Made by a program: the position numbers and the translations under genes | Notes under the pieces: generated by a model | What the model was told of the DNA's origin: nothing | Databases searched by the model: none | What the model saw: only the letters and a program-made list of their open reading frames with translations | Assembly: GCA_963760795.1 (NCBI GenBank) | Contig: CAVXEP010000025.1 | Span: 96,001-160,000, forward strand | Source of the DNA: an uncultured delta proteobacterium | Lineage (GTDB): Bacteria > Desulfobacterota > Binatia > UBA9968 | Direction: 5' to 3' | DNA: 64,000 nt | Shown: piece by piece, positions 10,315 to 20,073 of the stretch | Layout of the letters: every line of letters begins with the position of its first letter | How positions within the stretch are numbered: the stretch's first letter is position 1

Positions 10315-11077
10315 CTAACGATGGCGCCATTGTGGCGGTCGTTTCTGTAAAAAAGCCTGCACGCCTTCTTCGACGTCGGCGGTTTGTAGAAGTTCATCAC
10401 AGTAAATTTGTTCGGAGCGTTTGAGCGCCGCTGCAAAATCGCGCAAAGACAATTCGCGCAGTCCTTTGAGCGTCAGACGCATGACCGCGCCGCTTTTACT
10501 GAGCAGCTCGTCGACGAGATTTTGCAAGCCAACGTCCAGCTCGTCATCGGCAAACACCCGGTTGATAAAACCCATGGCCTGAGCCTCGCGGGCGCTGAAG
10601 CGCCGCCCGGTGAGAATCATCTCCGCCGCCCGGTGGTAGCCGATCAATGACGCAAAGCGCGCCAATGCCACCGGCGGATAGCAGCCAACAAGAATTTCCG
10701 GGGTCGCGAACGAACTTTCCTCCGAAGCGACGATAAAATCGCATACACTGGCGACTTCGCAGCCGCCGCCGAGACAGGCGCCGCGCACCGCGGCAATCGT
10801 CACTTGGGGCAAGCTCAATAGCCGGCGAATCACCCCGTGGACCACGTCGAGCATTTCGGGAACTTTGTCTTTGGTGTGATCCTTGATGTCCACGCCGGCG
10901 GAAAAGGCTTTCTGCCCTTGCCCCTGCAAGACCACGACGTCAATAGTAGGGGTCTGCCGCGCAGCGCTCGAGAATCTCGCCGAGCTCGCGCACCAATACG
11001 ATGTCGAGCACATTTAACGGCGGCCTGTCCCAAGTAACCGTTAGCAATCGGTCTTTTCTATTGATTTCTACACTCAT
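10315..11077 (-). CDS. Enoyl-CoA hydratase/isomerase (resembles cyclohexadienoyl-CoA hydratase Dch); frameshifted as sequenced
   Basis: MSVEINR...DRPPLNVLD in one frame, then TIDVVVLQGQGQKAFSAGVDIKDH...ACLGGGCE...PEI in the next; extra base in the G4 run at 10949-10952. Confidence 0.85.
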
Positions 11078-11166
11078 GGCAATTTCCTCATATGGAGACA
11101 TCCAACTGTTTGGCCTTATTAAACCGATGATCCTCCGGCTTACAAGGCGGCCGCCAAACAATAAGT

Positions 11167-11195
11167 TTGACAAACCCATGTGCAGCTCCTAAACT
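11167..11195 (+). promoter_or_regulatory. Putative sigma70 promoter of the OmpA-domain gene
   Basis: TTGACA-17 nt-TAAACT; AAGGAG RBS before ATG 11229. Confidence 0.6.
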
Positions 11196-11228
11196 AACGT
11201 TCTATCAGCCTCTTAAGGAGAGCGAAAC

Positions 11229-12002
11229 ATGAGTAAACGAACAGCCCAGTCAATGGCATTGGCACTACTAATCGGTATTGCCGCGCAGACCAGCTTCGCC
11301 GCGCCGGATGAATACGACGATAGCCAATCCCATCCGTTAAGAATTCTCGCCTACGCTTGGCATCCGGTGGGCTGGCTCGCCGAGTGGGCTTTCTTTCGAC
11401 CCTTTCACTATCTCGTCAGCGCAACTCCACAGCAGGAAAAGGTTTTTGGCCACAATCCCCATCCGCCGGTACTGGTTGAACCGCAGCCCTTGTATGACTT
11501 CGGCGTAGCCAAAAAAGTCCCGATGCAGACAGTGCACGTCGCGCCACCGGCGCCAGCGCCGGTGCCGATGCCGGAGCATGTGAAGATCGTCCAAGTTCCG
11601 GTGGAGAAGACCGTTATTCAAGTTCAGGAAAAGGTCGTCGAGAAGGTTATCGAGGTCGAACGTTTGGTTTTCACACCGGTCGCTTTCAATTTCGACTCGG
11701 GTCAATTGACCGATCTGGGCAAGGGTCAAGTTTACCTCGCCGCCCAGCGGCTCAAAGAGCGCGGCAACCTGACCATTGTCGTCGAAGGCCATGCCGATAA
11801 TCGCGGCGACGATGGCTACAATCAGAAACTTGGCTTGCGGCGCGCTCAGACGGTCATGACTGAACTGGCTGCACTCGGTATCGATCCGAGCCGGATGTCT
11901 ACGGCCAGCGTCGGCGAAGGCAAGCCGTTGATCGAGCAGGACACCGGGTGGGCGCGGGCGATCAACCGCCGCGTCGAATTTCAGGTAAAATCGGCGAAAT
12001 AG
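11229..12002 (+). CDS. Exported OmpA/Pal-like peptidoglycan-binding protein
   Basis: Signal peptide; Pro-rich and VEK-repeat linker; C-terminal FNFDS...VEGHADNRGDDGYNQKLGLRRA...NRRVEF. Confidence 0.9.
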   Translation: MSKRTAQSMALALLIGIAAQTSFAAPDEYDDSQSHPLRILAYAWHPVGWLAEWAFFRPFHYLVSATPQQEKVFGHNPHPPVLVEPQPLYDFGVAKKVPMQTVHVAPPAPAPVPMPEHVKIVQVPVEKTVIQVQEKVVEKVIEVERLVFTPVAFNFDSGQLTDLGKGQVYLAAQRLKERGNLTIVVEGHADNRGDDGYNQKLGLRRAQTVMTELAALGIDPSRMSTASVGEGKPLIEQDTGWARAINRRVEFQVKSAK

Positions 12003-12023
12003 CGTCGTCGTTCCATCGTAACT

Positions 12024-12058
12024 AAGCCCAGCCGTCTTATTCGGCTGGGCTTTTTTAT
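12024..12058 (+). terminator. Intrinsic terminator
   Basis: AAGCCCAGCCG-TCTTATT-CGGCTGGGCTT followed by a T-rich tract. Confidence 0.85.
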
Positions 12059-12096
12059 TGGCGCCGATCGGGTAGAGTAAGCAGCACAACCGGCAC

Positions 12097-12711
12097 ATGG
12101 TCTACACACCCCAGGACCGCTATTTCAAGAAAGCCAAACAGGACGGCTATCGCTCCCGCGCCGCCTACAAACTTGTCGAACTGCAACAGCGCTTTCGCAT
12201 GATCAATCCTGGCGACCGGGTCGTCGATCTGGGTGCGGCGCCAGGCGGCTGGTTGCAGGTCGCCGCCAAGCTCGTCGGTCCCAATGGCAAAGTCATCGGC
12301 GTCGATGTGCAAGCGATCCAGCCCTTTCAAGAGCGCAATATCGGGCTAATTCAGGGTGATATTTTGATCGGAGAAACTAAAACCAAGGTCAAAGAGCTAT
12401 TGGGTGGAACTGCGCACTGCGTGTTATCGGACATGGCGCCCAAACTCGGAGGTATTCGCGACGCCGACATGGCGCGCTCCTATGCCCTCAACCAGATGGC
12501 GCTCCAAATCGCCAAGGAGCTACTGCGCCCCGGCGGGGTGTTGGTGGTCAAGAGTTTTGTCAGCGAAGAGCTGCAAAGCTACACGGCCGAGCTGAAAAAT
12601 CATTTCGCCATGGTGCAACGCACCAAGCCGGAAGCGAGCCGCCCAGGTTCGTCCGAGTTTTACTTCTACGCCAAGGGTTATACCGCAATAACTAGCGCGG
12701 TCGTAACGTAG
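12097..12711 (+). CDS. rlmE: 23S rRNA Um2552 2'-O-methyltransferase RlmE/FtsJ
   Basis: GYRSRAAYKL, VVDLGAAPGGWLQ, VLSDMAP, KPEASR..SSE. Confidence 0.95.
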   Translation: MVYTPQDRYFKKAKQDGYRSRAAYKLVELQQRFRMINPGDRVVDLGAAPGGWLQVAAKLVGPNGKVIGVDVQAIQPFQERNIGLIQGDILIGETKTKVKELLGGTAHCVLSDMAPKLGGIRDADMARSYALNQMALQIAKELLRPGGVLVVKSFVSEELQSYTAELKNHFAMVQRTKPEASRPGSSEFYFYAKGYTAITSAVVT

Positions 12712-12714
12712 GTA

Positions 12715-13708
12715 ATGTCGGAAATCAGAAAAGACCCGCTCACCGGCCGCGGCGTAATCATCGCACCCTGAGCGAGCACAGCGGCCCAAACAGTTTGACC
12801 CGACCAGCACCGCGGAGTCAGCCCAACCCTGCCCATTTTGTCCTGGCAATGAACGCCAAACGCCACCGGAGTCCTGGGCGGATCGGCCAGCGGATTCGCC
12901 GCCCGATCGGCCCGGCTGGTCGATCCGCGTGGTACCGAACAAATACCCGGCCGTCACCGCTGATAATGGCGAAGCGGACGGCCAAAACACCGATCGGTTA
13001 GCCGGCGCTGGCATCCATGAGGTCATTATAGAAAATGCTGCTCATGTGGCCAACCTGGCTGCGCTGGACGAAGCACAGTTCAGCAAGATTTTTCGTGCCT
13101 ACCGCGGGCGCCTGCGCGCCGTACGCGAGGATCGCCGCTGGCGCTTCGCCTTGATCTTCAAAAACCAAGGCGAGCGCGCCGGCGCTACACTAGAACATGC
13201 GCATGCGCAACTGCTCGCTTTGCCATTCGTTCCCGCCGATGTGGAGAAGGAATTGGCCGGCGCCCGCGACTACCATCGGCGCAGCGCCAGCTGTTATTAC
13301 TGCGCGCTGATCGAACGCGAGCAGCAGGCACAAGTGCGTGTGGTCACGAGCAGTGCAGCATTCATCGCCCTCTGTCCCGCGGCGCCGCGTTTTGCCTTTG
13401 AAACCTGGATACTTCCGAGGGTTCATGCCGGCGCCTTCGAGCAGGCCGATGACTCGATTATCGCCGCTCTGGCGAAAATCTCGCTGCAGGTGATTGCCGC
13501 CTTGGACCGGCTGCATGCCAATCCGCCGTTCAATTATTTCATTCACTCGCTGCCGTTGGCTGACAGTGAGCGCGCCCATTATCATTGGCAGTTGCGCTTG
13601 CTACCGCAGTTTTCTCGAGCTGCCGGATTCGAATGGGGTTCGGGGATTCATATCAATCCCGTGGCGCCGGAAGCGGCGGCGCAGGTATTACGCGACGCGC
13701 TGATCTAA
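12715..13708 (+). CDS. galT: Galactose-1-phosphate uridylyltransferase family protein; frameshifted as sequenced
   Basis: MSEIRKDPLTGRGVIIAP, extra C at 12766-12768, then ERAQRP...CPFCPGNE..TPPE...RVVPNKYP, GIHEVIIE, FKNQGERAGATLEHAHAQ, AGFEWGSG. Confidence 0.85.
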
Positions 13709-14956
13709 GCCTTGAGCGGTCTCGCCGCCGCGCGCTTGCCGTTGCTGATACAACAGCACCGCGGCGGCAATCGCGCAAACCGCGCCGGCAATGGTAATCG
13801 CCCGCGGCGTACCGATCAGATGGGCGACACTGCCGATAAACAGCGTGCCGAAGGACCATAACCCCTTATCCATGAAAAACAGACTGAGCATGCGGCCGAG
13901 ATACTGCGGCGGCGTTTCCATTTGCACGATGGAGTTGGCGACGGCGCGAAAAGCGATATTGCTGGCGCCGACCAGAATGAGAAAGAACATGGACAGATAC
14001 ATCGAGCGGGAAAAGGAAAAAAGCATCAGCGAAACCGAGAACGCCAACACCGCCATGGCGACGAAATGAAGACGTCGGCGCAATCGGCCGAGGGAGGCGA
14101 TCCCTAGGCCGGCGAGGACCGCGCCGATGCCCGGCGCCGCGAGCAACAAACCGAACGTCGTCGGCCCGGCATGGAGCACGTCGGTGGCGAACACGGGTAA
14201 AAAACGCGCATAGGGCGTGCCGACCAGCGCGATGCCATAGGTCAGGAGAATCAGCGAGAACAGCCGCCGGTCGCTGCGGAGAAACCGATAGCCTTGAGAC
14301 ACTTCCTGCCAGAATGGAGTTTCGTCATTCACCTTGGCACTCCCTGCAGGAATTTCCATCACCACTAAGGTGACGATGATTGCGAAAAAACTGATGGCAT
14401 TGACCAGCAAGCAGCCGGCGATGCCGATCACGCCGATCAGCACACCACCCAAAGACGGGCCGATGATCTTCGCCAAGTTCGCCAGCGATGAATTGAGCGC
14501 GATGGCGTTCATCAAATCCGCGCGCGGGACGATGTTGTTGATCAGCGAATGACGCGCCGTCTGGTTGAGCGAATTGACCATGCCGAGGAACAGCACCAGC
14601 ACCAGCACATGCCAGAACTCGACCCAAGCGAATTGCACCAAGAACCAGAAAACCATCGCCTGCACCATGGCTAAGAATTGTGTGCACAACAGCAGCCGGC
14701 GTCGTTCGACACGGTCGACGATGGCGCCGCCGATGGCGCCTAAGAGTAAGCGCGGCAGCGCCTGGGCGAAGCCGACGACGCCGAGTAGAAACGGCGACTT
14801 GGTCATCTGCCAGACCAGCCAGCTTTGCGCCATCGCCTGGATGAAATCGCCGACATGGGACAGGCTGGTGCCGCAGAAGAGCAAGCGGAAGTTGTGATGT
14901 TTGAGCGAGCTAAGCGTGATTGCGAGTTGCGTCGACCCTCGTTGCCAGAGGGCCAT
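13688..14956 (-). CDS. MFS transporter (MFS_3/DHA3, EntS-like)
   Basis: About 12 hydrophobic segments; NFRLLF, GAIVDRVERRRLL, AIALNSS..NLAKIIGPSLGG. Confidence 0.88.
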   Translation of the reverse strand: MALWQRGSTQLAITLSSLKHHNFRLLFCGTSLSHVGDFIQAMAQSWLVWQMTKSPFLLGVVGFAQALPRLLLGAIGGAIVDRVERRRLLLCTQFLAMVQAMVFWFLVQFAWVEFWHVLVLVLFLGMVNSLNQTARHSLINNIVPRADLMNAIALNSSLANLAKIIGPSLGGVLIGVIGIAGCLLVNAISFFAIIVTLVVMEIPAGSAKVNDETPFWQEVSQGYRFLRSDRRLFSLILLTYGIALVGTPYARFLPVFATDVLHAGPTTFGLLLAAPGIGAVLAGLGIASLGRLRRRLHFVAMAVLAFSVSLMLFSFSRSMYLSMFFLILVGASNIAFRAVANSIVQMETPPQYLGRMLSLFFMDKGLWSFGTLFIGSVAHLIGTPRAITIAGAVCAIAAAVLLYQQRQARGGETAQGLDQRVA

Positions 14957-16785
14957 TATTCGACCGTGACGCTCTTGGCGAGATTGCGCGGTTGATCGAC
15001 ATCCTTACCGCCCAGCACAGCGATGTAATAGGCTAGCAATTGCAGCGGGATCGTCATCACGATGGGCGTAAGATAGTGTGAGGCTTTGGGCAGCGTCAAG
15101 ACCCGAAATGCGGGAATCTCCGCGGCGGTTTTGCTATCGTCGGTTAGGACGATGATTTTGCCGCCGCGCGACTCGACTTCTTTTAAATTACTAATGGTTT
15201 TGTCGAAGTAACGATCCCGCGGCGCCAGCACCACCACCGGCAGCTTTTCGTCGATCAAGGCGATCGGCCCATGCTTCATCTCGCCCGCCGGATAACCTTC
15301 GGCATGGATGTAGGAAATCTCTTTCAGTTTAAGCGCCCCCTCCAGTGCGATGGGATAATTGATGCCGCGGCCGAGATAGAGAAAGTCACGGCTGTGGAGC
15401 AGTTCGCGGGCCAACACTTTGACTTCAGCTTCGAGCTTCAAGGCTTCTTCGATCCAGGTCGGCAGATGCATCAGATCGCGCAGCAATTTACGCGCGTCGG
15501 CTGATTTGAGCTTGCCGTTCATCCGGCCAAGCGCGATGGCGAGCAGGTAGAGCGCGGTCAATTGGGTGGTAAACGCTTTGGTACTGGCGACACTGATCTC
15601 AGGGCCGGCGTGGGTATAAAGGACACCATGTGATTTGCGTGGGATGGATGAATCGATGACGTTGCAGATCGACAGAATTTTCGCTTTCTTGGCGCGGGCA
15701 ATATCGGTGGCCGCCAAGGTATCCGCGGTCTCGCCGGACTGGCTCACCATCAGCAAGATCGATTTAGGGTCCATCAACGGCGAGCGATAGCGAAACTCCG
15801 AACCGTAATCCACCTCGGCGGGAATGCCGGCGATCTCTTCAAGCAAAAACTTGCCGACCAGACAGGCATGCCAAGCAGTGCCGCAAGCGACCAAGTGTAT
15901 CCGTTTGATCTGTTTCACCGCGCTGGCTTTGAGCTTGATATCTTCCAGCGCCACATTGCCGTCTTTGAGTGCGATGCGGCCGCGAAAGGTATCGGCCAAA
16001 GCGCGCGGCTGGTCATGGATCTCCTTGAGCATGAAATGCGGGTAGCCGCCTTTTTGCGCCGCGATGGCATCCCAAGTGATCTGTTTCACCGGCCGCTTAA
16101 CCGGCTTCCCCTTGCCGTCAAATAGACGAAAGCCAGCGACGGTCACTTCACCGATCTCGCCGTCTTCGAGAAACGCCACTTTACGAGTGTAGTCGAGCAA
16201 GGCGGGAATATCGGAAGCGATAAACATCTCGCCATCGCCCGCGCCGATCACGATGGGCGTGGAATTTTTGGCGACGATCATGCGCGTCGGATCGCGCCGG
16301 TTGAGAAACAACAACGCATAAGAACCGTGAATTTCCCGCAGCGTGCGCTGCACCGCGGCGAGAAAATCGACGCCGCGGGCAACCTTCTCGGCGACCAGAT
16401 GGGCAACGATCTCGGAGTCGGTTTCCGAGCTAAAATGGGTGCCGCGCTTGATCAATTGCTGCTTCAACTCGAGATAATTCTCGATGATGCCGTTGTGCAC
16501 GACCACGATATCGCCGGCGCTGTGCGGGTGGGCATTGTTCTCCGACGGCCGGCCATGGGTTGCCCAACGGGTGTGGCCGATGCCGATCGTTCCGGTCATC
16601 GGCTGGCGCTCCAGCGTGGTGGCGAGATTATTGAGCTTGCCCTCAGCCCGGCGCACGGACACCCGGCTGTCATGGAGCACGGCGATGCCCGCCGAGTCAT
16701 AACCGCGGTATTCGAGCTTGCGTAAGCTTTTGAGAATCAGGGGTGCTGCGTCTCTTTTCCCAATGTAGCCGACGATGCCGCACAT
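14956..16785 (-). CDS. glmS: Glutamine--fructose-6-phosphate aminotransferase
   Basis: MCGIVGY, GHTRWATHG, SQSGETADT, VASTKAFT, DQPRNLAKSVTVE. Confidence 0.98.
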   Translation of the reverse strand: MCGIVGYIGKRDAAPLILKSLRKLEYRGYDSAGIAVLHDSRVSVRRAEGKLNNLATTLERQPMTGTIGIGHTRWATHGRPSENNAHPHSAGDIVVVHNGIIENYLELKQQLIKRGTHFSSETDSEIVAHLVAEKVARGVDFLAAVQRTLREIHGSYALLFLNRRDPTRMIVAKNSTPIVIGAGDGEMFIASDIPALLDYTRKVAFLEDGEIGEVTVAGFRLFDGKGKPVKRPVKQITWDAIAAQKGGYPHFMLKEIHDQPRALADTFRGRIALKDGNVALEDIKLKASAVKQIKRIHLVACGTAWHACLVGKFLLEEIAGIPAEVDYGSEFRYRSPLMDPKSILLMVSQSGETADTLAATDIARAKKAKILSICNVIDSSIPRKSHGVLYTHAGPEISVASTKAFTTQLTALYLLAIALGRMNGKLKSADARKLLRDLMHLPTWIEEALKLEAEVKVLARELLHSRDFLYLGRGINYPIALEGALKLKEISYIHAEGYPAGEMKHGPIALIDEKLPVVVLAPRDRYFDKTISNLKEVESRGGKIIVLTDDSKTAAEIPAFRVLTLPKASHYLTPIVMTIPLQLLAYYIAVLGGKDVDQPRNLAKSVTVE

Positions 16786-18179
16786 TATTTGGTTTTTCCT
16801 TTCATCTGCTGGCGCTTCTGCTCGGTCCAGCCCGCGCGGATTTTTTCTTCGCGCTGGTTGTAGACCAGCGCACCGGCCGGAACATTTTTGCGCACCGTAC
16901 TGGCGGTGGCGATATAGACATCGTCGCCGAGCGTGATCGGCGCCACCAGCGTGGTATCGCTGCCGACCTGAACGCGGTCGCCGATCTTGGTTTGGTATTT
17001 TTGAAAGCCGTCGTAGTTACAGGTGATCGTACCCGCGCCGATGTTGGAGTCCTGGCCGATGGTGACGTCGCCCAAATATGTTAAATGGTTCGCCTTGGTG
17101 CCGTCGCCGATATGCGCCGCCTTGGCCTCGACGAAATTGCCGATATGAACATTGCGACCGAGCTCAGTGCCCGGACGCAGTTGCGCAAACGGACCGACGA
17201 TCGCGCCGCCGCCGACCCGGCAAGCGGTGAGCATGACGGAGAACTTAAGCTGCACGTCGTCAGCGATCTCAACGTCGGTAAGAAATGCCGTGCCGTCGAT
17301 CTGGCAACGCTCACCGATAATAGTCTTGCCGCGCAATTGAGTGTTGGGACCGATCACGGTGTCTTTGCCGATGGTCACACCCGCGTCAATATAAGTCGTG
17401 TCCGGATCTTTTAACGTCACGCCAGCGAGCATCCACTGGCGATTAATGCTCTCACGCAAGCTCTTTTCCATAAAAGCGAGCTCCTCTCGCGTATTCACGC
17501 CCATCATCTCGCGGGCATCGGCCACTTGCACGGTTTCGATGGTTTTCCCCTGAGCTAATCCAATGGCGACAATATCCGGCAAATAATATTCACCTTGCCG
17601 ATTGTCGTTTTTAACTGCGCCCAGGGCAGCAAATAGAAACGCCGTAGACGCGACATAGACGCCGGCATTCACTTCATGAATCTGCCGTTGACCATCGCTG
17701 GCGTCTTTCTCTTCGACGATACCTGTGACTTTGCCGGAAGCATCGCGCAAGACCCGGCCGTAACCGTGGGGCCGGTCGAGCGCCGCCGTGAGCAATGTCA
17801 CCGCGGCTTGCCGGCCGCGATGCTGCGCAACCATGGCGCGCAACGTTTCTTCTTTGATCAACGGCACATCGCCGCTCAGAATCAGCACTTCACCGGCAAA
17901 GCCGTCAAAGACATCCTTGGCACAGAGTACGGCGTGGCCGGTTCCCAGCTGTTTTTCTTGAATCGCCCAAGCGACCGCAACACCATCATAAGCGTGGCGT
18001 ACCGCCTCGGCGCCATGACCGATGACAATCGCGACACGCGCCGGCAAAAGCCGCTGCGCCATGGCCAGAGCATGGAGAAAGAGCGGCCGTCCAGCAATCG
18101 GATGGAGCACCTTGGGCAGAGCGGATTTCATCCGCGTACCCTGTCCAGCCGCCAAAAGAATGACACCAAGTTCCTGCAT
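16785..18179 (-). CDS. glmU: Bifunctional UDP-GlcNAc pyrophosphorylase / GlcN-1-P acetyltransferase
   Basis: ILLAAGQGTRMKSALPKVLH, GTGHAV, GEYYLPD, hexapeptide repeats, GAGTITCNYDG. Confidence 0.97.
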   Translation of the reverse strand: MQELGVILLAAGQGTRMKSALPKVLHPIAGRPLFLHALAMAQRLLPARVAIVIGHGAEAVRHAYDGVAVAWAIQEKQLGTGHAVLCAKDVFDGFAGEVLILSGDVPLIKEETLRAMVAQHRGRQAAVTLLTAALDRPHGYGRVLRDASGKVTGIVEEKDASDGQRQIHEVNAGVYVASTAFLFAALGAVKNDNRQGEYYLPDIVAIGLAQGKTIETVQVADAREMMGVNTREELAFMEKSLRESINRQWMLAGVTLKDPDTTYIDAGVTIGKDTVIGPNTQLRGKTIIGERCQIDGTAFLTDVEIADDVQLKFSVMLTACRVGGGAIVGPFAQLRPGTELGRNVHIGNFVEAKAAHIGDGTKANHLTYLGDVTIGQDSNIGAGTITCNYDGFQKYQTKIGDRVQVGSDTTLVAPITLGDDVYIATASTVRKNVPAGALVYNQREEKIRAGWTEQKRQQMKGKTK

Positions 18180-18231
18180 ATTCCTCACAGCCAAATCACG
18201 AGCTTGAATTATAAGGTAACTAGCGAGTCAA

Positions 18232-19434
18232 TCAAAGCAGAGAATGTGGTTTGTTGGCGGCTTTCGGCAAGATCCACGACACCAAGCCACAGGCGAGCGC
18301 GCTGGCCGCCACGGCAATGGGCACCGGCATGAGCGCCGCCATACTGCCGATGCCGATGGCGCCGAGCGAACCGAAACCGCGGTCGAGGAAAAACAAACTC
18401 ATGGCGCGGCCCATCATATGATCGGGACATTCCTCTTGAATGATCGCCCGAGCGAGCACGCGATAGCTCATCTGCATGGAGCCGACAATTGCTAGAAGGA
18501 TGATCGAAAGAAAGTAAAAGGGTGACAGCGCGAATAGAAATATCGCGACGGCGTAAATTAAACTGGCGCCGACCAACAGACGGCGCATGTCGCGCAGCCG
18601 CGCGTGGGTCGAAAGAAAAAAGCTAATCAGCACCGCGCCGACGCCAGGTGCCGATACGAGCACACCGTAACCCGCCGGCCCCACATGCAAAACCTCCTGG
18701 GCGAAATAGGGCAGAAACTGCGCATAGGAAATGCCGAAAAAACCATTGGAGTAGGTCGTCAAGATGGTCGAAAACACTCGACGATTCTCACGCAGGTAAG
18801 AAATTCCCTCGATGATGTCTTTGAGCCAATCGCCTTTCGCCGGATTCGCCGGTTCGGCCGCCGATTGCATGCGCCACAGGGTAAATAACATGCCGACTAC
18901 GGTAAGGGCTTGGATTAAAATACAGGGCCCCGGGCCGATCACCGTCAAAAGCACCCCGCCGATCGAGGGCCCGATCACTTTAGTCAAGTTATGGGTCGCT
19001 GAGCTAAGCGCCAATGCGCTGACGACACCTTCCTGCGGCACCAGATTGACGATGACCACCTGTTGCGCCGCCGTGCTAAATGAACTGACGATCGCCATGA
19101 ACACGACCAAAACGACGATGTGCCAAAACCGCAGCTGGGCGGTGAAAATCAGCGCTGCAAAAATCAGGCTGTGAATTAAATTCGCGATGCGGCTTATCTT
19201 GAGCAGCTTTAGGCGATCCATGCGGTCGGCGACGACACCGCCGATGGGACCGAAAACAAAACGCGGCGCGAACTCGCAGAATCCCAAAAGACCCAGAGCG
19301 AAGGCCGACCGGGTGAGTTCCCAGGCAAGCCAATTTTGCACGACAAAATGAATATACTCGCCGGTCTCCGCCGGTAGGTAACCGATCGTAAACAGGCGAA
19401 AGTCGCGGTAACGCAGTGCCGGCGGTAATCTCAC
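18232..19434 (-). CDS. MFS transporter (MFS_3/DHA3-like)
   Basis: ALRYRDFRLF, GVVADRMDRLKLL, NLTKVIGPSIGG; paralogue of 13688-14956. Confidence 0.88.
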   Translation of the reverse strand: MRLPPALRYRDFRLFTIGYLPAETGEYIHFVVQNWLAWELTRSAFALGLLGFCEFAPRFVFGPIGGVVADRMDRLKLLKISRIANLIHSLIFAALIFTAQLRFWHIVVLVVFMAIVSSFSTAAQQVVIVNLVPQEGVVSALALSSATHNLTKVIGPSIGGVLLTVIGPGPCILIQALTVVGMLFTLWRMQSAAEPANPAKGDWLKDIIEGISYLRENRRVFSTILTTYSNGFFGISYAQFLPYFAQEVLHVGPAGYGVLVSAPGVGAVLISFFLSTHARLRDMRRLLVGASLIYAVAIFLFALSPFYFLSIILLAIVGSMQMSYRVLARAIIQEECPDHMMGRAMSLFFLDRGFGSLGAIGIGSMAALMPVPIAVAASALACGLVSWILPKAANKPHSLL

Positions 19435-19849
19435 GCTGTGAAGGGAATCCTTGAAGAAAACATGCAGTGAAAACTATATTCTCAGCTCGCCGCGAAGTCC
19501 ACTTGGGTTAGCCCAGATGTCGCAGTTCACACATCAGCGCCCGCGAGAGAGGCGCGATCCTGGAGTCGTGAAGCCAGCCAACGCTACGACGACAAAGTCG
19601 CTTTCCCGGCGTCGCTCACGGTTCTATAGAAATTATAGATTTATCGTGTGGCACCGCTGAACCTTATGCTCTCGGGGGCAGACACCCATTGGCTTTATAA
19701 CGGAAGGATTGCGCCGGTCTCGGCGACTCGAACCTGGACAGCGGACTCCAGTATATTCCTTGCGAGTTATCCTTGTCAGTGCCGCAGATTTCAATTACAA
19801 AATATTACGGGTCTGCTAATTCGTTGAACGCTATGCAGTCGGAGGTCTA

Positions 19850-20014
19850 TTGGAAAATCGACCGGCGGCGCCGCTTGCCCAGCAAGATTTAGAAAATAAC
19901 TGGTGGGACTACTGCCCGATTTGCAGTTCCAAGCTCAACAATCAAAAATGCAAATATGTCTGCCCCAACCCGAAATGCAATTTCTTCATGAGCTGCAGCG
20001 AATTCGATCGTTAG
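19850..20014 (+). CDS. Small Cys-rich zinc-finger protein (54 aa; resembles the HVO_2523-type family)
   Basis: Not in the ORF track. GGAGG RBS then TTG: MENRPAAPLAQQDLENNWWDYCPICSSKLNNQKCKYVCPNPKCNFFMSCSEFDR. Confidence 0.7.
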   Translation: MENRPAAPLAQQDLENNWWDYCPICSSKLNNQKCKYVCPNPKCNFFMSCSEFDR

Positions 20015-20073
20015 CGGCGTAGCGGCGCGAACCTCTGGCGCTCGTCGCCGCATTGCGGTAAAAGACAAAAACT

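Noticed and set aside
14900-14990. Tn7-like element at attTn7
   Set aside because: glmS is directly followed by an MFS gene, with no transposon ends or tns genes.
19705-19745. tRNA fragment (minus-strand GGTTCGAGTC)
   Set aside because: The flanks do not form a T-stem (CCAGG vs CGCCG) and no cloverleaf or CCA end is present.
19435-19849. glmS ribozyme upstream of MFS-glmU-glmS
   Set aside because: An AGCGCC occurs only on the wrong strand, the remaining core is absent, and glmS is translationally coupled to glmU.
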